From: Carpediemonas membranifera BICM
Taxonomy: Eukaryota > Protista > Fornicata
NCBI GenBank assembly: GCA_019828565.1
Contig: JAHDYR010000069.1
Location: 248,001 to 312,000, forward strand
Length of the DNA stretch: 64,000 bases
Direction of reading: 5' to 3'
Position numbers and translations under genes: made by a program. This document shows positions 9,725 through 20,134 of the stretch, piece after piece. Each line of letters starts with the position of its first letter. The stretch's first letter is position 1. The notes below the pieces were generated by a model. The model saw only the letters and a program-made list of their open reading frames with translations. It searched no databases and was not told the DNA's origin.

Positions 9725-11728
9725 TCACCTGTACCCAAACGTGGAAGTGTCTGACTCCGATTCGACAGTCAACTCCTCCACCTCCAGCGGCACGATCGCC
9801 TCTATGAAGCAGACCTCCTGCCCCCTGAGTCGACTCACACCACCCCCCGCTGAGAACACGAGCAGACTCATTAATGTAAAGAGGGAGTCATTGTAGTCGG
9901 AGTCGATTGAGGGGCTGAGCGCGCATAGGTTGGCTAAGAGCACGTTTGGAGTGGAGTTTAGTGGCTCTTTGAACCTCATTCGGATCCGGAGAAAGAAGGG
10001 TTCGTGGCGCCATAGAGGTAGGATTCCTCGAATAAGCGTCTGGTTGTGAGAGATGCTGGGTTCAAACGAGTACGTGGGACCGGAGAGCATAAACTGCTTG
10101 ACTTTGACTGCGTCGAGGACACGGTCGACTTCAACCTGCGGCTGGGTGGCGCTTACTAGCTTGGAGATATGCCGCAGAGCATGGTGGGTAGCAAGATCGG
10201 CTTTCACGAATGAATCAAATGATGCCATCAAATCGCAGCCTTGGGCAGCTGACAAGAGGCCCAGCTTGGCCAGAACTTCTCTTAGGGTACGAGATTCCGC
10301 GTCCGGGAGGCCCGGGGTGAGCGTCATTCGCGACACTGCGGCCACAAGTCGGACGTTTTGGATGGTTTGGACAACTGTGTTAAGCTGCTGTACGCTCTCG
10401 TGTAAACTTTCCTTAAATTGCACCGCCGACTCCTGTTGGTCAGTGCAATCACTGAGCAGTTTGCTCGTGAAGTCAAGGAGCCTGCAGATCGATGGGCAGG
10501 CGGGTGCGAGTACTCTTTGGATCCGATCGTCTACCTCCCGCATTCCAACGAGATACGCCGCACAACTGTCAGCGATTAGACGATTAACAGTCACTCTGTC
10601 ACACTGCACCGCCATGCTCCGAGCCATTCGATCCAGCACGATAACGTGGCTCGCGTTCCAGGCAACGTGTTGGTGCGAGGTCATAGTCAGCACGGCAACC
10701 CCACCCATGGGAGTCCGCCGACTGACGGAGAGAGCTGCGTTCACATGGCAGTGTCGCATGGGCATGGGAAGAGGTCTGGCATGGACCTCGAGCCCGCGCC
10801 ACACTGGAGGGGCGGCGTAGATGTGGGGGTGGAGCTTGAAGAAGGACTTGAACGACCAGCGCTGGGACTCGACGTGTGATTGCATCGAATCGAGACCGTC
10901 GACTTCAAACATATCTGGAAATCGAGTCGACTTTCTGAGATAATCTGGGTCTACCCCGTTGCAACGTATCCAGAGGACGGCTGAGTCCACTGACCAGTCG
11001 CTATCGACCCACGCATCAGATTCTGTGCATCGTGTAACGCCGTGGGCTTCGACTACATGCACAGGCTCGTCAACTGAACGCGACACTGCAACGGTCGTAG
11101 TCATCTGCGCAAAGATCGAGTTGACCGCTCTCGAGATTCTATAGGCCGCTTCCCGAGGATCTGAGTAGTCCGGAGACCTATATAAAGCTCTGAGTGTCTC
11201 CATGTAAATGCGGCGGGCTCTCATCTCTTCCGGGTCGACGGCTACAGCCTGGGTTGAGTTATTGTCGTGCATTGTAAAGCTGTGGAGCAGGACGGACGTC
11301 GCTACTGAGTACAAGTGGTTGACGGACGGTGTGACCATTGTCACAATCAAGTGAATGCCGGCCAGCACTGCAAAGAGCGGTCGACGGTAGGGAATGGAAG
11401 CGCGGTCAGACAGGATTAGCAGTGAGATAGCCACTGGTATGACGATTATGAGCGTCTGTGGGATGGTGTAGGAGAGAAAAAGGACGGCGAGAAAGGGCGC
11501 GGGCCAGTGGGAGAGGAGGAAATTGGGGGCGAGTTTGGATGTATTTGGCGGCTTTAGGTGGTATGTGAATGTGAATATGTACTGAATAGCGTGAAAAGCG
11601 AATGATATTGTTGCTTTGGGGTCTGTGGCGATGTTTGAGAGATGGAGAGTGGCTACTACGGGCAGCGCGATAAGTATCGCAGAAAAAAGAATCACAACAT
11701 CTTCATTAGGGCTACTGAGAGTTTTCAT
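9725..11728 (-). CDS. Hypothetical membrane protein (about 5 N-terminal TM segments, possible GAF-like sensory region)
   Basis: 667-aa ORF; the first ~150 aa are hydrophobic; no catalytic motif recognised. Confidence 0.55.
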   Translation of the reverse strand: MKTLSSPNEDVVILFSAILIALPVVATLHLSNIATDPKATISFAFHAIQYIFTFTYHLKPPNTSKLAPNFLLSHWPAPFLAVLFLSYTIPQTLIIVIPVAISLLILSDRASIPYRRPLFAVLAGIHLIVTMVTPSVNHLYSVATSVLLHSFTMHDNNSTQAVAVDPEEMRARRIYMETLRALYRSPDYSDPREAAYRISRAVNSIFAQMTTTVAVSRSVDEPVHVVEAHGVTRCTESDAWVDSDWSVDSAVLWIRCNGVDPDYLRKSTRFPDMFEVDGLDSMQSHVESQRWSFKSFFKLHPHIYAAPPVWRGLEVHARPLPMPMRHCHVNAALSVSRRTPMGGVAVLTMTSHQHVAWNASHVIVLDRMARSMAVQCDRVTVNRLIADSCAAYLVGMREVDDRIQRVLAPACPSICRLLDFTSKLLSDCTDQQESAVQFKESLHESVQQLNTVVQTIQNVRLVAAVSRMTLTPGLPDAESRTLREVLAKLGLLSAAQGCDLMASFDSFVKADLATHHALRHISKLVSATQPQVEVDRVLDAVKVKQFMLSGPTYSFEPSISHNQTLIRGILPLWRHEPFFLRIRMRFKEPLNSTPNVLLANLCALSPSIDSDYNDSLFTLMSLLVFSAGGGVSRLRGQEVCFIEAIVPLEVEELTVESESDTSTFGYR

Positions 11729-12332
11729 CGGCTTCTCAGCATTCGATACTCTACAGTTGTCATCTCATCTCTTTCATTCATTCTTCTGACTGAGCCCGAC
11801 TCAGCGGCAACTCAGCGACCTCGGCTACAGGACGACCACAGTCTCTGTTACATCATGCAACGCGGCTTGTGCCGAGTGCTAGTACCTTCTGGCGCTCTCA
11901 GCATGCTGGCTGATCTGGCCGAGCGCCTGTGCCCTGTGCCTGCCCTGCCACATGAGAACATCGACTGCCGCGTGTGGCCTAGAAGAGGTGTGCGATGCTT
12001 TCATCCCCCTCTTCTGTGCGTGCTCCTGTGAGCGGGTCGACGGACCCAGGCCGGGCCCACCAGCCAGGCTTGGCAGCGGGGAACCGGCTTGAAATCAATA
12101 TCCATGGCTTGCTACATCTGACTGCGACTGGTGGCGCCTGAGTTCCAGTCATGGGACCTATCGCGCCGCTAGGGACCAGTATGGTCGCAGTCGCATCATG
12201 CGCATTTTAAGGCACTCACACAGAATGGCTTGGACAAGCATGATATGTACATAAGCTGATGATAGTCGGCCGGCCGCGATTTTGACCCGAGTTGACCTGT
12301 CGACTTCGACGACTTCACGCGAGAAGAAGAAA

Positions 12333-15300
12333 ATGGATTTTGACATGCCACGACGAGCGCCTTGTGCTCTCGACGCAATGGACAATCTCTGGTACCCAGT
12401 CCTTGGCATACCGACTGGATTCTTTCTCACAGAGAGAGATGAGGCTGTTTCTAAGCTAAAGAAGACTCTGGGCGTCTCTGTCGTCGATCTAGGCGAGGTG
12501 TACTTCTTCGCAGCACTCAAGCTGGCATATGCAGTGCCAATGAGTCTATCTAAGCTCACGATGACCAATGTTATGTGCATCTTGAAAGACGGCGAAGAGC
12601 GCCACCACCTAATCATTGGCGAGCCACTCATTACACTAACAGGCGCCGTCAGCATTCAGATGTCGTGCTCAGACCTCTGTGCTGGCTTTCAGTCCCTCTG
12701 CGAGTGGGAGAAGGCGCGCTTTGGTCGGCCGACGACAACACTATCAATCGAACAGTCTTGGCTCATCTCCTCACTCGGCACGCTGACTGGCGACATAGAA
12801 GCGCTGAACATGTGCATGGAACAGGAGGAGATGGCGTTCAATGATGCACCCCCCTGCCACTTCTTCTTCCCTGGCCCAACCCTGCTGTTCGCCAATGCCC
12901 CACACTCGGCTGACGGCGAGACCCTCAGCGCATTCTTCACGGAGCATCTCAAGTGTCGTGTGGTCAGTTGCTTCACCATGCCTGAGCCAGCCGGGGCAGG
13001 AGTCCTCATCCTGCCACTCGCCGAGGACCTTGAGGCGTTGCTCGGCAACCTGCCACCTTTCCAAGGACGCCAGCTTTTCCTGATGCCTCTCGGGCACTTA
13101 CGAGCCTTCCCGCCCTCTCTCTTCGTCAGCGGCGCCCCCAAGGAGGCCATACTCACCTGTCCCGCCCTTCGCACTGAGCGTCGGGTCGCTGACTTCGAAG
13201 CCGAGGGTCTTGGTCTTGTTATCATGTATGACTCGGCCGAGACTGTCGAGTCAATCGAGCAAGACATGTTCTTCTCGCCCGAGGAGTTTACAGATGGGCA
13301 ACACACACTCGCTGTCGATTTCTACAGGGGCACGCCTGAGCGCATGATGGTCGCCCAAGACGTCGAAACCGTCCAGGATCCCGACCCAGAACCTGAGCCA
13401 GAACCTGAGCCCGAGAAGACCTACAGCTCACTCGCCCTCGACACCAGAGACGTCTTCCTCATCGACCGCGACTCGCTCCTGTTCATGACCCGCACCGAGT
13501 TCCCCCTCTACCGGACCGACTCAAACACCAGGCCGACCCTCATTGGCGTGATGGCCCACACACTCGGATGTATCCAGGCCGAGGAGTACGTCACAGCCAA
13601 GGGGCCAGAGCGTCTCATGCCGTCGAGGATGCGGAACTATCAGTATAGCATGGCCGACATCGACGAGTACGGCATGCTTGCGCACTTTCCCGAGGGCCAC
13701 CTCGAAGGGTCAGTCCGCGTCCAGCAGCAGGACTGCCTCGTGGTAGTTTCCAAGCTCAGTAATAAGCACCCTGGGGAGTGTATCGCGTGCCTCAACATGG
13801 CTAATGAGACCCGCGTCGGCGGGGGCTACAACACGGGCGCCCGGGCACAAGAGGAGGAGCTCATGCGCCGTACCACTCTCTCGTTTGCCCTCGACAAGCG
13901 CACCGCTCAGTTTTCGAGCACTTTAAGGACTGACTATCCCGAATACCCGTGGGTCTCGGACGTCGTCTTCACGACCGACGTGGAGCTCTTCAGGAAGTCC
14001 ACCGTGAACCAATACGACTTCATGTCCCGCCCCGTCAAGTTCGGAGTCGTTTCAACGGCAGCAGTCCAGAACCCGGCGACGATCAACCTCGGAGGAACTG
14101 ATTACCTCAGCTGCGAGGAGGATTCCACCCTCCTCACCCGTAGGATACATATCCTGTTCCGTGCGTGCATCAAGCACGGGGTCCAGCACCTCGTGCTGTC
14201 TGCCCTAGGGTGTGGCGCCTTCAGGAACCCCGTATGTCACGTCGCCTGGGTCTTCCGTAATGTTTTGCCACTCTACCGCCAGCACTTCAAGAGTATTACC
14301 TTCGCCATCATGGGTGATAACTTTGATCCATTCAAAAACGTCATTCTTCGAGCCGGACTCAAGAAGTTCACTGAGCCTCTCGATTCACGCTTTGATCTGA
14401 AGTACAAGTGCAACAACCCGAAGTGTCACCTTCGCGGCAATTTGGCTCACGAGTCATGCCTCTTCCACGTCCAAAAGTGCCCCAATGGCGTCAAATGCCC
14501 ACTGATTGGCTCAGACACACGCGAGGGGTCGGCCCACAACGCCCTTTTCACCCACCCCATTGTCCGGCCATGCAACAAGGGCGGCGAGTGCAAGGATTTC
14601 AGCGAGGACCACTGCGACCTGTTCACACACCCGCCCGACTGCAAGTACGGCGGTATGTGCAATGAACTGGCCGACCCGGTCCACTGTAAGAAGTTCCGTC
14701 ACCACGAGCAGCATTGCCTTTACGGACCGATGTGCACTAAAGTGCTCGATCATGCCCACTTTGAGTCGCACGGCCACGGGATTGTAGCCGCCAAGCCGGG
14801 CGACGAGCACAGCCTGGTCGACCCAGACAAGTCCGGTCTCCACATCTGCCCGTACGCCTCGAACTGCCAGCATTTCCAGAAGTTCCTTCAAGGCGATGAC
14901 AGTGCTGAGGTCCACAAGCACATGGCAAAGCATGTCCACCAGTTCTGGCCCGAATGCAGACACGGCGAGGGCTGTACGAGCAAGAACAGCGCGCACTACG
15001 ACGAGTTTGCCCACCCAGGCTGCCGCAAGTCCCGCTTCCCCTGCCGCTACGGCCTGGGATGTCGCGACATTTCCGACCCAGCCCACCTCTGCAAGTACGC
15101 CCACCCCGTCCGTGACGTTCCATACGCCTCGTTCACTGCCAATGAGCGCGTGTTCAAGCTCTCGTTCACTGAGAACGTCAAGCGCGTGCTCGAGCTCCAA
15201 AAGTCGTCTTCCTTCGTTTCAAAAGTCCACCCCAAGACACTGGTGACCATCTTCGAGCTCATCTCCCAGCTGAGGCCGACCCACAGATGTAATGCCGAGA

Positions 15301-18230
15301 TCTTCGCCTCTGTTCTCGACCATGGATACTTTATGTCCCGTCTGAACATGACTCGACTCGCACACGCCAGCGATGACCTCACCGCCCTCGCTGTCACAAA
15401 CCCCGAGCTGCTCGCCATCATTGACTCCAGCTCGACTGACAACCGCGAAGACTTGCTTCAACTGGCGCGAAGGGCTATCAAGTACGAACATGCTGTCACA
15501 TTCAACCTGGAGCACGAGCGTGCCCGTGCCAGAACCCAGCGAGATATGAGCCGCGACCAAGTGTCCAAACGAACGAGCCAGGAGATCGACAAGTTTGCCA
15601 AGCGCCTCGCCCAGGCCAGCAAGGTCCTCTACGACTCAACCCTGCCCGCCGAATCCCACGCACTAAGCCCAGTAGTAACACCCACCCTTGCCACACCCGT
15701 TTCAGCTCGCCCGGGCATCGGCTACGAGGTAGACAAGACGATGGGGACGGATGACACAGTCTTCTCGATCCTCGGACCCAACAGCTTCCACCGCTACGGC
15801 GAAGTCTACATTGTTTTCAAGTCTTCCTTGCTCGCCCACCCCCACACCTGGGCACACATGCTCGCAGCTACGTTCTGGAACACTCAGGGGCCGACACAGT
15901 TCAAGCGGTGGGGTCACGGTCACCTCAACATGCCCAAGGCCGGCGCTGACCGGGTCGACTACTATTACGATCATATAATGCACCTCAGCCTGGTCGAGAC
16001 AAGGAGGGCCTTGGCGTTCGAGCTCGCCTGTGCTGTGCTGAAGCGCGGGGTCGACCTCAGCGGCGAGTTGAGCCGAGACAAGCTGCTCGCCAAGATCCTG
16101 CCGCTGATGGTCAGTAACACGACCGAACTGAATTCCCACCACATGATTGAATGCCACCTACCCTCCCGCGTCTCCATCGACCATATCGCTGCCATTTATC
16201 TCAGCAAGAGCACGTTCCGTAAGCTCCCCGGCGCCGGCAAGCAGACCATCGACCGCCTGAATAAGATGAGTTCCCACAATCTTCTCCACATCCACGACTC
16301 TGACGGCGCTGACACCACGGAGATGTATGAAGGAAGTATCAGCCCCAAACCGTGCAAGTCGAAGCTCTCGCTCAACCTCCACCCGAGCGACGATGAGGTC
16401 CGTCTCCCAATGACCTGGCGCCCGGGCCACACCCAGGCCCTCAGGGTCACAGCAGTCGGCGCTGCCCCCCTGCGTCTTCGTCTCGTGTCCCATGGCCAAA
16501 CCGCGATCATTGACCTGGTTTCCGAGGGTCACACCGAGGTACGGGTGGGCACCAGCGTCTTGGGGATGTCCCAGCTGTCCTCTACCATCGATTGCGGGGC
16601 CGAGCGCGAGTACCACGTCAGTTGGACTAAGGGGACGAGGGAGCTCAAGGTCTACCGCCTGGGAAGCTCCCTGGTCCATTATACCCCGATTGAATGCAAG
16701 CTTGACGATATTACCGGCCATTTCTCCAACGTTGTGATCGAGAACCGAGCCAAGAGCGATGGCTTGACTGTTTCAGTCAGATTCGACTGCGCATCAAAGC
16801 CACCCGAAGCTCAGGCGATCCCCCAAGCCCTGCTCGACCGCCTCATGGAGCTGCGCAAACCGGTTGACCCCTGGAGAAGATCCAAGACCCCAACTAGAAG
16901 GAAGAGCATTCAGGGAACTGCCCAGAGAGTCGAGCTGCCCATCTGCCGCCACCCACACCTGTGCGAGGAGCGGGGCGACCCATACCACTGCGCCAACTAT
17001 CGTCACGTGTGCGTGTTTGGCTCTGGCTGTCCTAAACAGCACGAGGAGAAGCACTCGCGGCAATTCATCCACGTGCACCTCGAGAAGTGCGTGTACGGTG
17101 TCGCATGCCGGCGTCTGAAGGACATCGAGCACCGGCTGACCCACTCCCACGGGAGCTCGATCGAGACCATCCCCACGAGGCCCTGCAAGTACGGTGTCAA
17201 GTGCGACCGGTCGACCTGCACTTACCTCCACGCCAAGCCGGACGACGATCCTGGCATGAGCATCCACGAGGGTGAAAAGATGCGCGATGCTGGCACGAAG
17301 CAGTCAAGTGTGTCGCGGCCAACCCCCGTCCGATCCCGGAACACTTTTCTTAAGAGCGCGTCCAAGTTCTTTTCCTCAAAGGATTCAACGACTAAGAGGT
17401 CGTCATACTCGAGCAAAGCAGGGGCGAGCGATGAGCGGCCTCGTGAAGTCAAACCAGGCGCATCTGAGCGCGACAAGCACAGTTCCGGCGTCAAGGCTGC
17501 CCTAGCGTCGCTCGACCTGACCCGCACCGGCTTCGGCAAGGGCGACCGTGACCAGCAAGTTGTCTTTATTCTGGATGCCACAGGGTCTATGGGAGGGCTC
17601 ATTCGAACGACCGGAGACAACATCGTCAAGATCGCCACAGAGCTGAGCAAGAAGTACCAAGAGATGGCATACGACGTCGGGTACAAGTACGACGTCAGCG
17701 TCCGCTTTGCTGTGGTTGCATACCGCGACATCGGCGACAGCCCCATGGTCGAGGCGATGGATTTCACGGATGACTTGGGCCGACTCACCTCATTCACACG
17801 CGAACTGAGCGCCAGCGGCGGGGGCGACTACCCAGAGAACATCTGCGCGGGCATCGATCGCGCCCTCACGCTGAGTTGGCAGGAAAAGGGTGTTCGGACA
17901 GCCATGATCTGGGGCGACGCCCCCAACCACTGGATTTCGACTGCACGACTCAGGGGTGACTCGCATCCCGAGAAAGACGAGTTCGGGCAGCCATGGTCGA
18001 CTAGATTCAATAATATCTTGGCCAAATCAGCTGAGATGAAGGTCGGCTACAGATTCTTCGATCTCCGGCCTGATCGTGACACATTCAAGGAAATGAAGGA
18101 CCTCTTTGCTGGCAAGCTTGGGGCCACGTCTGCAGTCATCGCCTCGGTGGGCGGTGGTACAGAATCATACCTCGATGCGGCTGTGTCGGGCGCGGAGGAG
18201 AGCTACGCTGCCACGTTGGACAAGATGTAG
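12333..18230 (+). CDS. Multidomain ADP-ribosylation protein: PARG-type macrodomain (DUF2263/TIGR02452-like), PBZ-like zinc-finger arrays, ART/DarT-like domain, vWA
   Basis: Macrodomain LNMANETRVGGGYNTGARAQEEELMRRT and LVLSALGCGAFRNP; repeated CxYGxxC-x6/7-H-x5-H fingers; HRCNAEIFASVLDHGYFMSR...IECHLPSRVSIDHIAAIY; vWA VFILDATGSM, FAVVAYRD, ASGGGDYPEN, WGDAPNH. Confidence 0.8.
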   Translation: MDFDMPRRAPCALDAMDNLWYPVLGIPTGFFLTERDEAVSKLKKTLGVSVVDLGEVYFFAALKLAYAVPMSLSKLTMTNVMCILKDGEERHHLIIGEPLITLTGAVSIQMSCSDLCAGFQSLCEWEKARFGRPTTTLSIEQSWLISSLGTLTGDIEALNMCMEQEEMAFNDAPPCHFFFPGPTLLFANAPHSADGETLSAFFTEHLKCRVVSCFTMPEPAGAGVLILPLAEDLEALLGNLPPFQGRQLFLMPLGHLRAFPPSLFVSGAPKEAILTCPALRTERRVADFEAEGLGLVIMYDSAETVESIEQDMFFSPEEFTDGQHTLAVDFYRGTPERMMVAQDVETVQDPDPEPEPEPEPEKTYSSLALDTRDVFLIDRDSLLFMTRTEFPLYRTDSNTRPTLIGVMAHTLGCIQAEEYVTAKGPERLMPSRMRNYQYSMADIDEYGMLAHFPEGHLEGSVRVQQQDCLVVVSKLSNKHPGECIACLNMANETRVGGGYNTGARAQEEELMRRTTLSFALDKRTAQFSSTLRTDYPEYPWVSDVVFTTDVELFRKSTVNQYDFMSRPVKFGVVSTAAVQNPATINLGGTDYLSCEEDSTLLTRRIHILFRACIKHGVQHLVLSALGCGAFRNPVCHVAWVFRNVLPLYRQHFKSITFAIMGDNFDPFKNVILRAGLKKFTEPLDSRFDLKYKCNNPKCHLRGNLAHESCLFHVQKCPNGVKCPLIGSDTREGSAHNALFTHPIVRPCNKGGECKDFSEDHCDLFTHPPDCKYGGMCNELADPVHCKKFRHHEQHCLYGPMCTKVLDHAHFESHGHGIVAAKPGDEHSLVDPDKSGLHICPYASNCQHFQKFLQGDDSAEVHKHMAKHVHQFWPECRHGEGCTSKNSAHYDEFAHPGCRKSRFPCRYGLGCRDISDPAHLCKYAHPVRDVPYASFTANERVFKLSFTENVKRVLELQKSSSFVSKVHPKTLVTIFELISQLRPTHRCNAEIFASVLDHGYFMSRLNMTRLAHASDDLTALAVTNPELLAIIDSSSTDNREDLLQLARRAIKYEHAVTFNLEHERARARTQRDMSRDQVSKRTSQEIDKFAKRLAQASKVLYDSTLPAESHALSPVVTPTLATPVSARPGIGYEVDKTMGTDDTVFSILGPNSFHRYGEVYIVFKSSLLAHPHTWAHMLAATFWNTQGPTQFKRWGHGHLNMPKAGADRVDYYYDHIMHLSLVETRRALAFELACAVLKRGVDLSGELSRDKLLAKILPLMVSNTTELNSHHMIECHLPSRVSIDHIAAIYLSKSTFRKLPGAGKQTIDRLNKMSSHNLLHIHDSDGADTTEMYEGSISPKPCKSKLSLNLHPSDDEVRLPMTWRPGHTQALRVTAVGAAPLRLRLVSHGQTAIIDLVSEGHTEVRVGTSVLGMSQLSSTIDCGAEREYHVSWTKGTRELKVYRLGSSLVHYTPIECKLDDITGHFSNVVIENRAKSDGLTVSVRFDCASKPPEAQAIPQALLDRLMELRKPVDPWRRSKTPTRRKSIQGTAQRVELPICRHPHLCEERGDPYHCANYRHVCVFGSGCPKQHEEKHSRQFIHVHLEKCVYGVACRRLKDIEHRLTHSHGSSIETIPTRPCKYGVKCDRSTCTYLHAKPDDDPGMSIHEGEKMRDAGTKQSSVSRPTPVRSRNTFLKSASKFFSSKDSTTKRSSYSSKAGASDERPREVKPGASERDKHSSGVKAALASLDLTRTGFGKGDRDQQVVFILDATGSMGGLIRTTGDNIVKIATELSKKYQEMAYDVGYKYDVSVRFAVVAYRDIGDSPMVEAMDFTDDLGRLTSFTRELSASGGGDYPENICAGIDRALTLSWQEKGVRTAMIWGDAPNHWISTARLRGDSHPEKDEFGQPWSTRFNNILAKSAEMKVGYRFFDLRPDRDTFKEMKDLFAGKLGATSAVIASVGGGTESYLDAAVSGAEESYAATLDKM

Positions 18231-18857
18231 GTGGTTTCAAGGGTGTAAACTGGTTAAATACGTAACGCTTATCACAGTTATGTCGAGTGCCTCGGCCTGG
18301 GTTGCATGCCATTGGTGGCATACTTTCACGTTCACCCACGCCGATTTGATCCGACTATTGGCGCCGATGGACGTGTCCACACAAGAGCGTGGTCAGGAGA
18401 TTATGTGTGCCCATGGGGCGGCAGCTTGGGCTGTCCTGTGCAACATGCCATTATTCCACCACACACTCTTGGAAGGTGAAATCCATGATTCTGCACTTGT
18501 GTTTCTGATTAATGTCCTCTAGAGCGTACAGACCCTCGTTTCCATCGCCCTTTTACTATCAATGCGAGCTCCTGGCTTAGAACCCACCGGTCACTACGCC
18601 ACAGACGATGTCTGTCGTCACGGCAGGAGTAGTAGTGCTGCAGGTGTTCGACTCCCTCCCTCCATCAGCTAGTCCTGTAGGCGAAGCGCCTCCTCGTTGG
18701 TTTCCCATGTTTCTATGAACGAATGAATGTGTGGTGGCTAAAGTGCTTTGACCAAATTTGTGATTTACGTGTTACGTGTGTAGAGAGGTCGGTTTAGACC
18801 ATATTAGCCATAGGGTGAAACCTGTAAAGCATTCCGAGCCACGGTTCCGAACTACAA

Positions 18858-19045
18858 AATCAGCGCGGGTCAGCGTTTATCTCGGGTGCCGGGACAGCCT
18901 CATGTCGGGGCCGGGCACTAGGGGAGGAGTGCCCGGTAGCCCTAAAAAGAACAACCACAGCCGGGGCTATGCTGACGACTCCGCTTGACTCCACCCGATC
19001 CGCACGCGATCCTGTGATTGGGCCGCCAAATATTTTGGCCGCCGC
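18858..19045. repeat. 188-bp dispersed repeat, copy 1
   Basis: Reverse complement of 45117-45305 with one substitution and one A-tract indel. Contains the hairpin CCGGGCACT-N8-AGTGCCCGG. Confidence 0.95.
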
Positions 19046-19249
19046 GCCGATGACTTGTGTGGTGTGCTATTTGGCAGCAGCATGACGGCGGTTATTGGGT
19101 CTCATAAGGTCAATCCTCGATACCTCCTCTAGAGGTCCTGGCCACACCCCGCAGTGGGCCAGCCTGATGGCTACGACAGCCAGGGATCGCGAGCCAAGTC
19201 CAGCAAAAGTCTATAATGACCCAAGCTACTGTCACGTCATGCCTAGTGC

Positions 19250-19939
19250 TCACAACAGCCAGATCACGACCCGCTTCACCACTCGGGCCGTCTGACTCAG
19301 CCACGGCCATACCCAGCCCGAACACCACGCCGGCCTCAGACGCCGCGGTTTCTTGCGAACGGGGGTCGACTCCTCAGTTACAGGCACCAGTATAGTAGTG
19401 GATATATTGAGGCCATCATCCTTGAACGCCTCATGCGACAACCTAAGGGTACTTGGGTATGACGTGCCGATAAAAGACCGCGAGTTCTCTGAGAAAATAG
19501 GCCCGCCCGTGTGCGTCAGTGTGGTATACGAGGGCGTGTCGGTACGCTCCATTCCGTTGAGACTCGTGAGCGAGTCAAGAGAAGGGAATGTGCCGCTTGA
19601 CCCGTTTTCCATCATGGCGAGGTGGGATGCACCGTGATTATGTCTGTATCTTGGTATATATCGGGCAGACTCGATGACTCTGGGGCTTGGGAGAGATTCG
19701 TCGCTGGGGAAGTGAGATTTTCGCGTGTTCAAGCTGTTTTCGGGGGAGCATTTGAGGCCGATATCACGCCAGTCTTGTTTGATGGCCTCACGAATGTCTT
19801 TGAGGCTTCTGTGCAAGATGGCGGCGATTTCTTTTGCCTCGTGTCCTTCTCTAGCGAGGATAATGGCCATTGCTGTTTCAGTTACTGATAACCGATGAAA
19901 TAGGCCAGGAATAGCTCTATGAAGAGGCGCATACCTCAT
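19250..19939 (-). CDS. Hypothetical nuclear protein with HTH-like motif
   Basis: AIILAREGHEAKEIAAILHRSLKDIREAIK is helix-turn-helix-like; PVRKKPRRLRP is a basic NLS-like stretch. Confidence 0.45.
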   Translation of the reverse strand: MRYAPLHRAIPGLFHRLSVTETAMAIILAREGHEAKEIAAILHRSLKDIREAIKQDWRDIGLKCSPENSLNTRKSHFPSDESLPSPRVIESARYIPRYRHNHGASHLAMMENGSSGTFPSLDSLTSLNGMERTDTPSYTTLTHTGGPIFSENSRSFIGTSYPSTLRLSHEAFKDDGLNISTTILVPVTEESTPVRKKPRRLRPAWCSGWVWPWLSQTARVVKRVVIWLL

Positions 19940-20134
19940 CTTGATCGTGTCACCTCCTCTACAGCAATGCCGTCGAGTGGTCGAGTCGTTTAAAGTCGAG
20001 ACGGGACTGTTTTCTGGAAATTCGAACGTGCTGGCGTCGATCAATCCGTCGACAATATGGCCTATTCATTCGATCCTCAGTGAGACAGACGGCGTGGAGC
20101 TTTGGATTAGTGTCGACTGTATTTACCACTATTC

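Noticed and set aside
18547-18558. GCCCTTTTACTA resembling U5 snRNA loop 1
   Set aside because: It has an extra C, no convincing closing stem and no nearby Sm site.
18646-18655. B-box-like GTTCGACTCC (tRNA or SINE)
   Set aside because: No T-stem pairing or cloverleaf around it.
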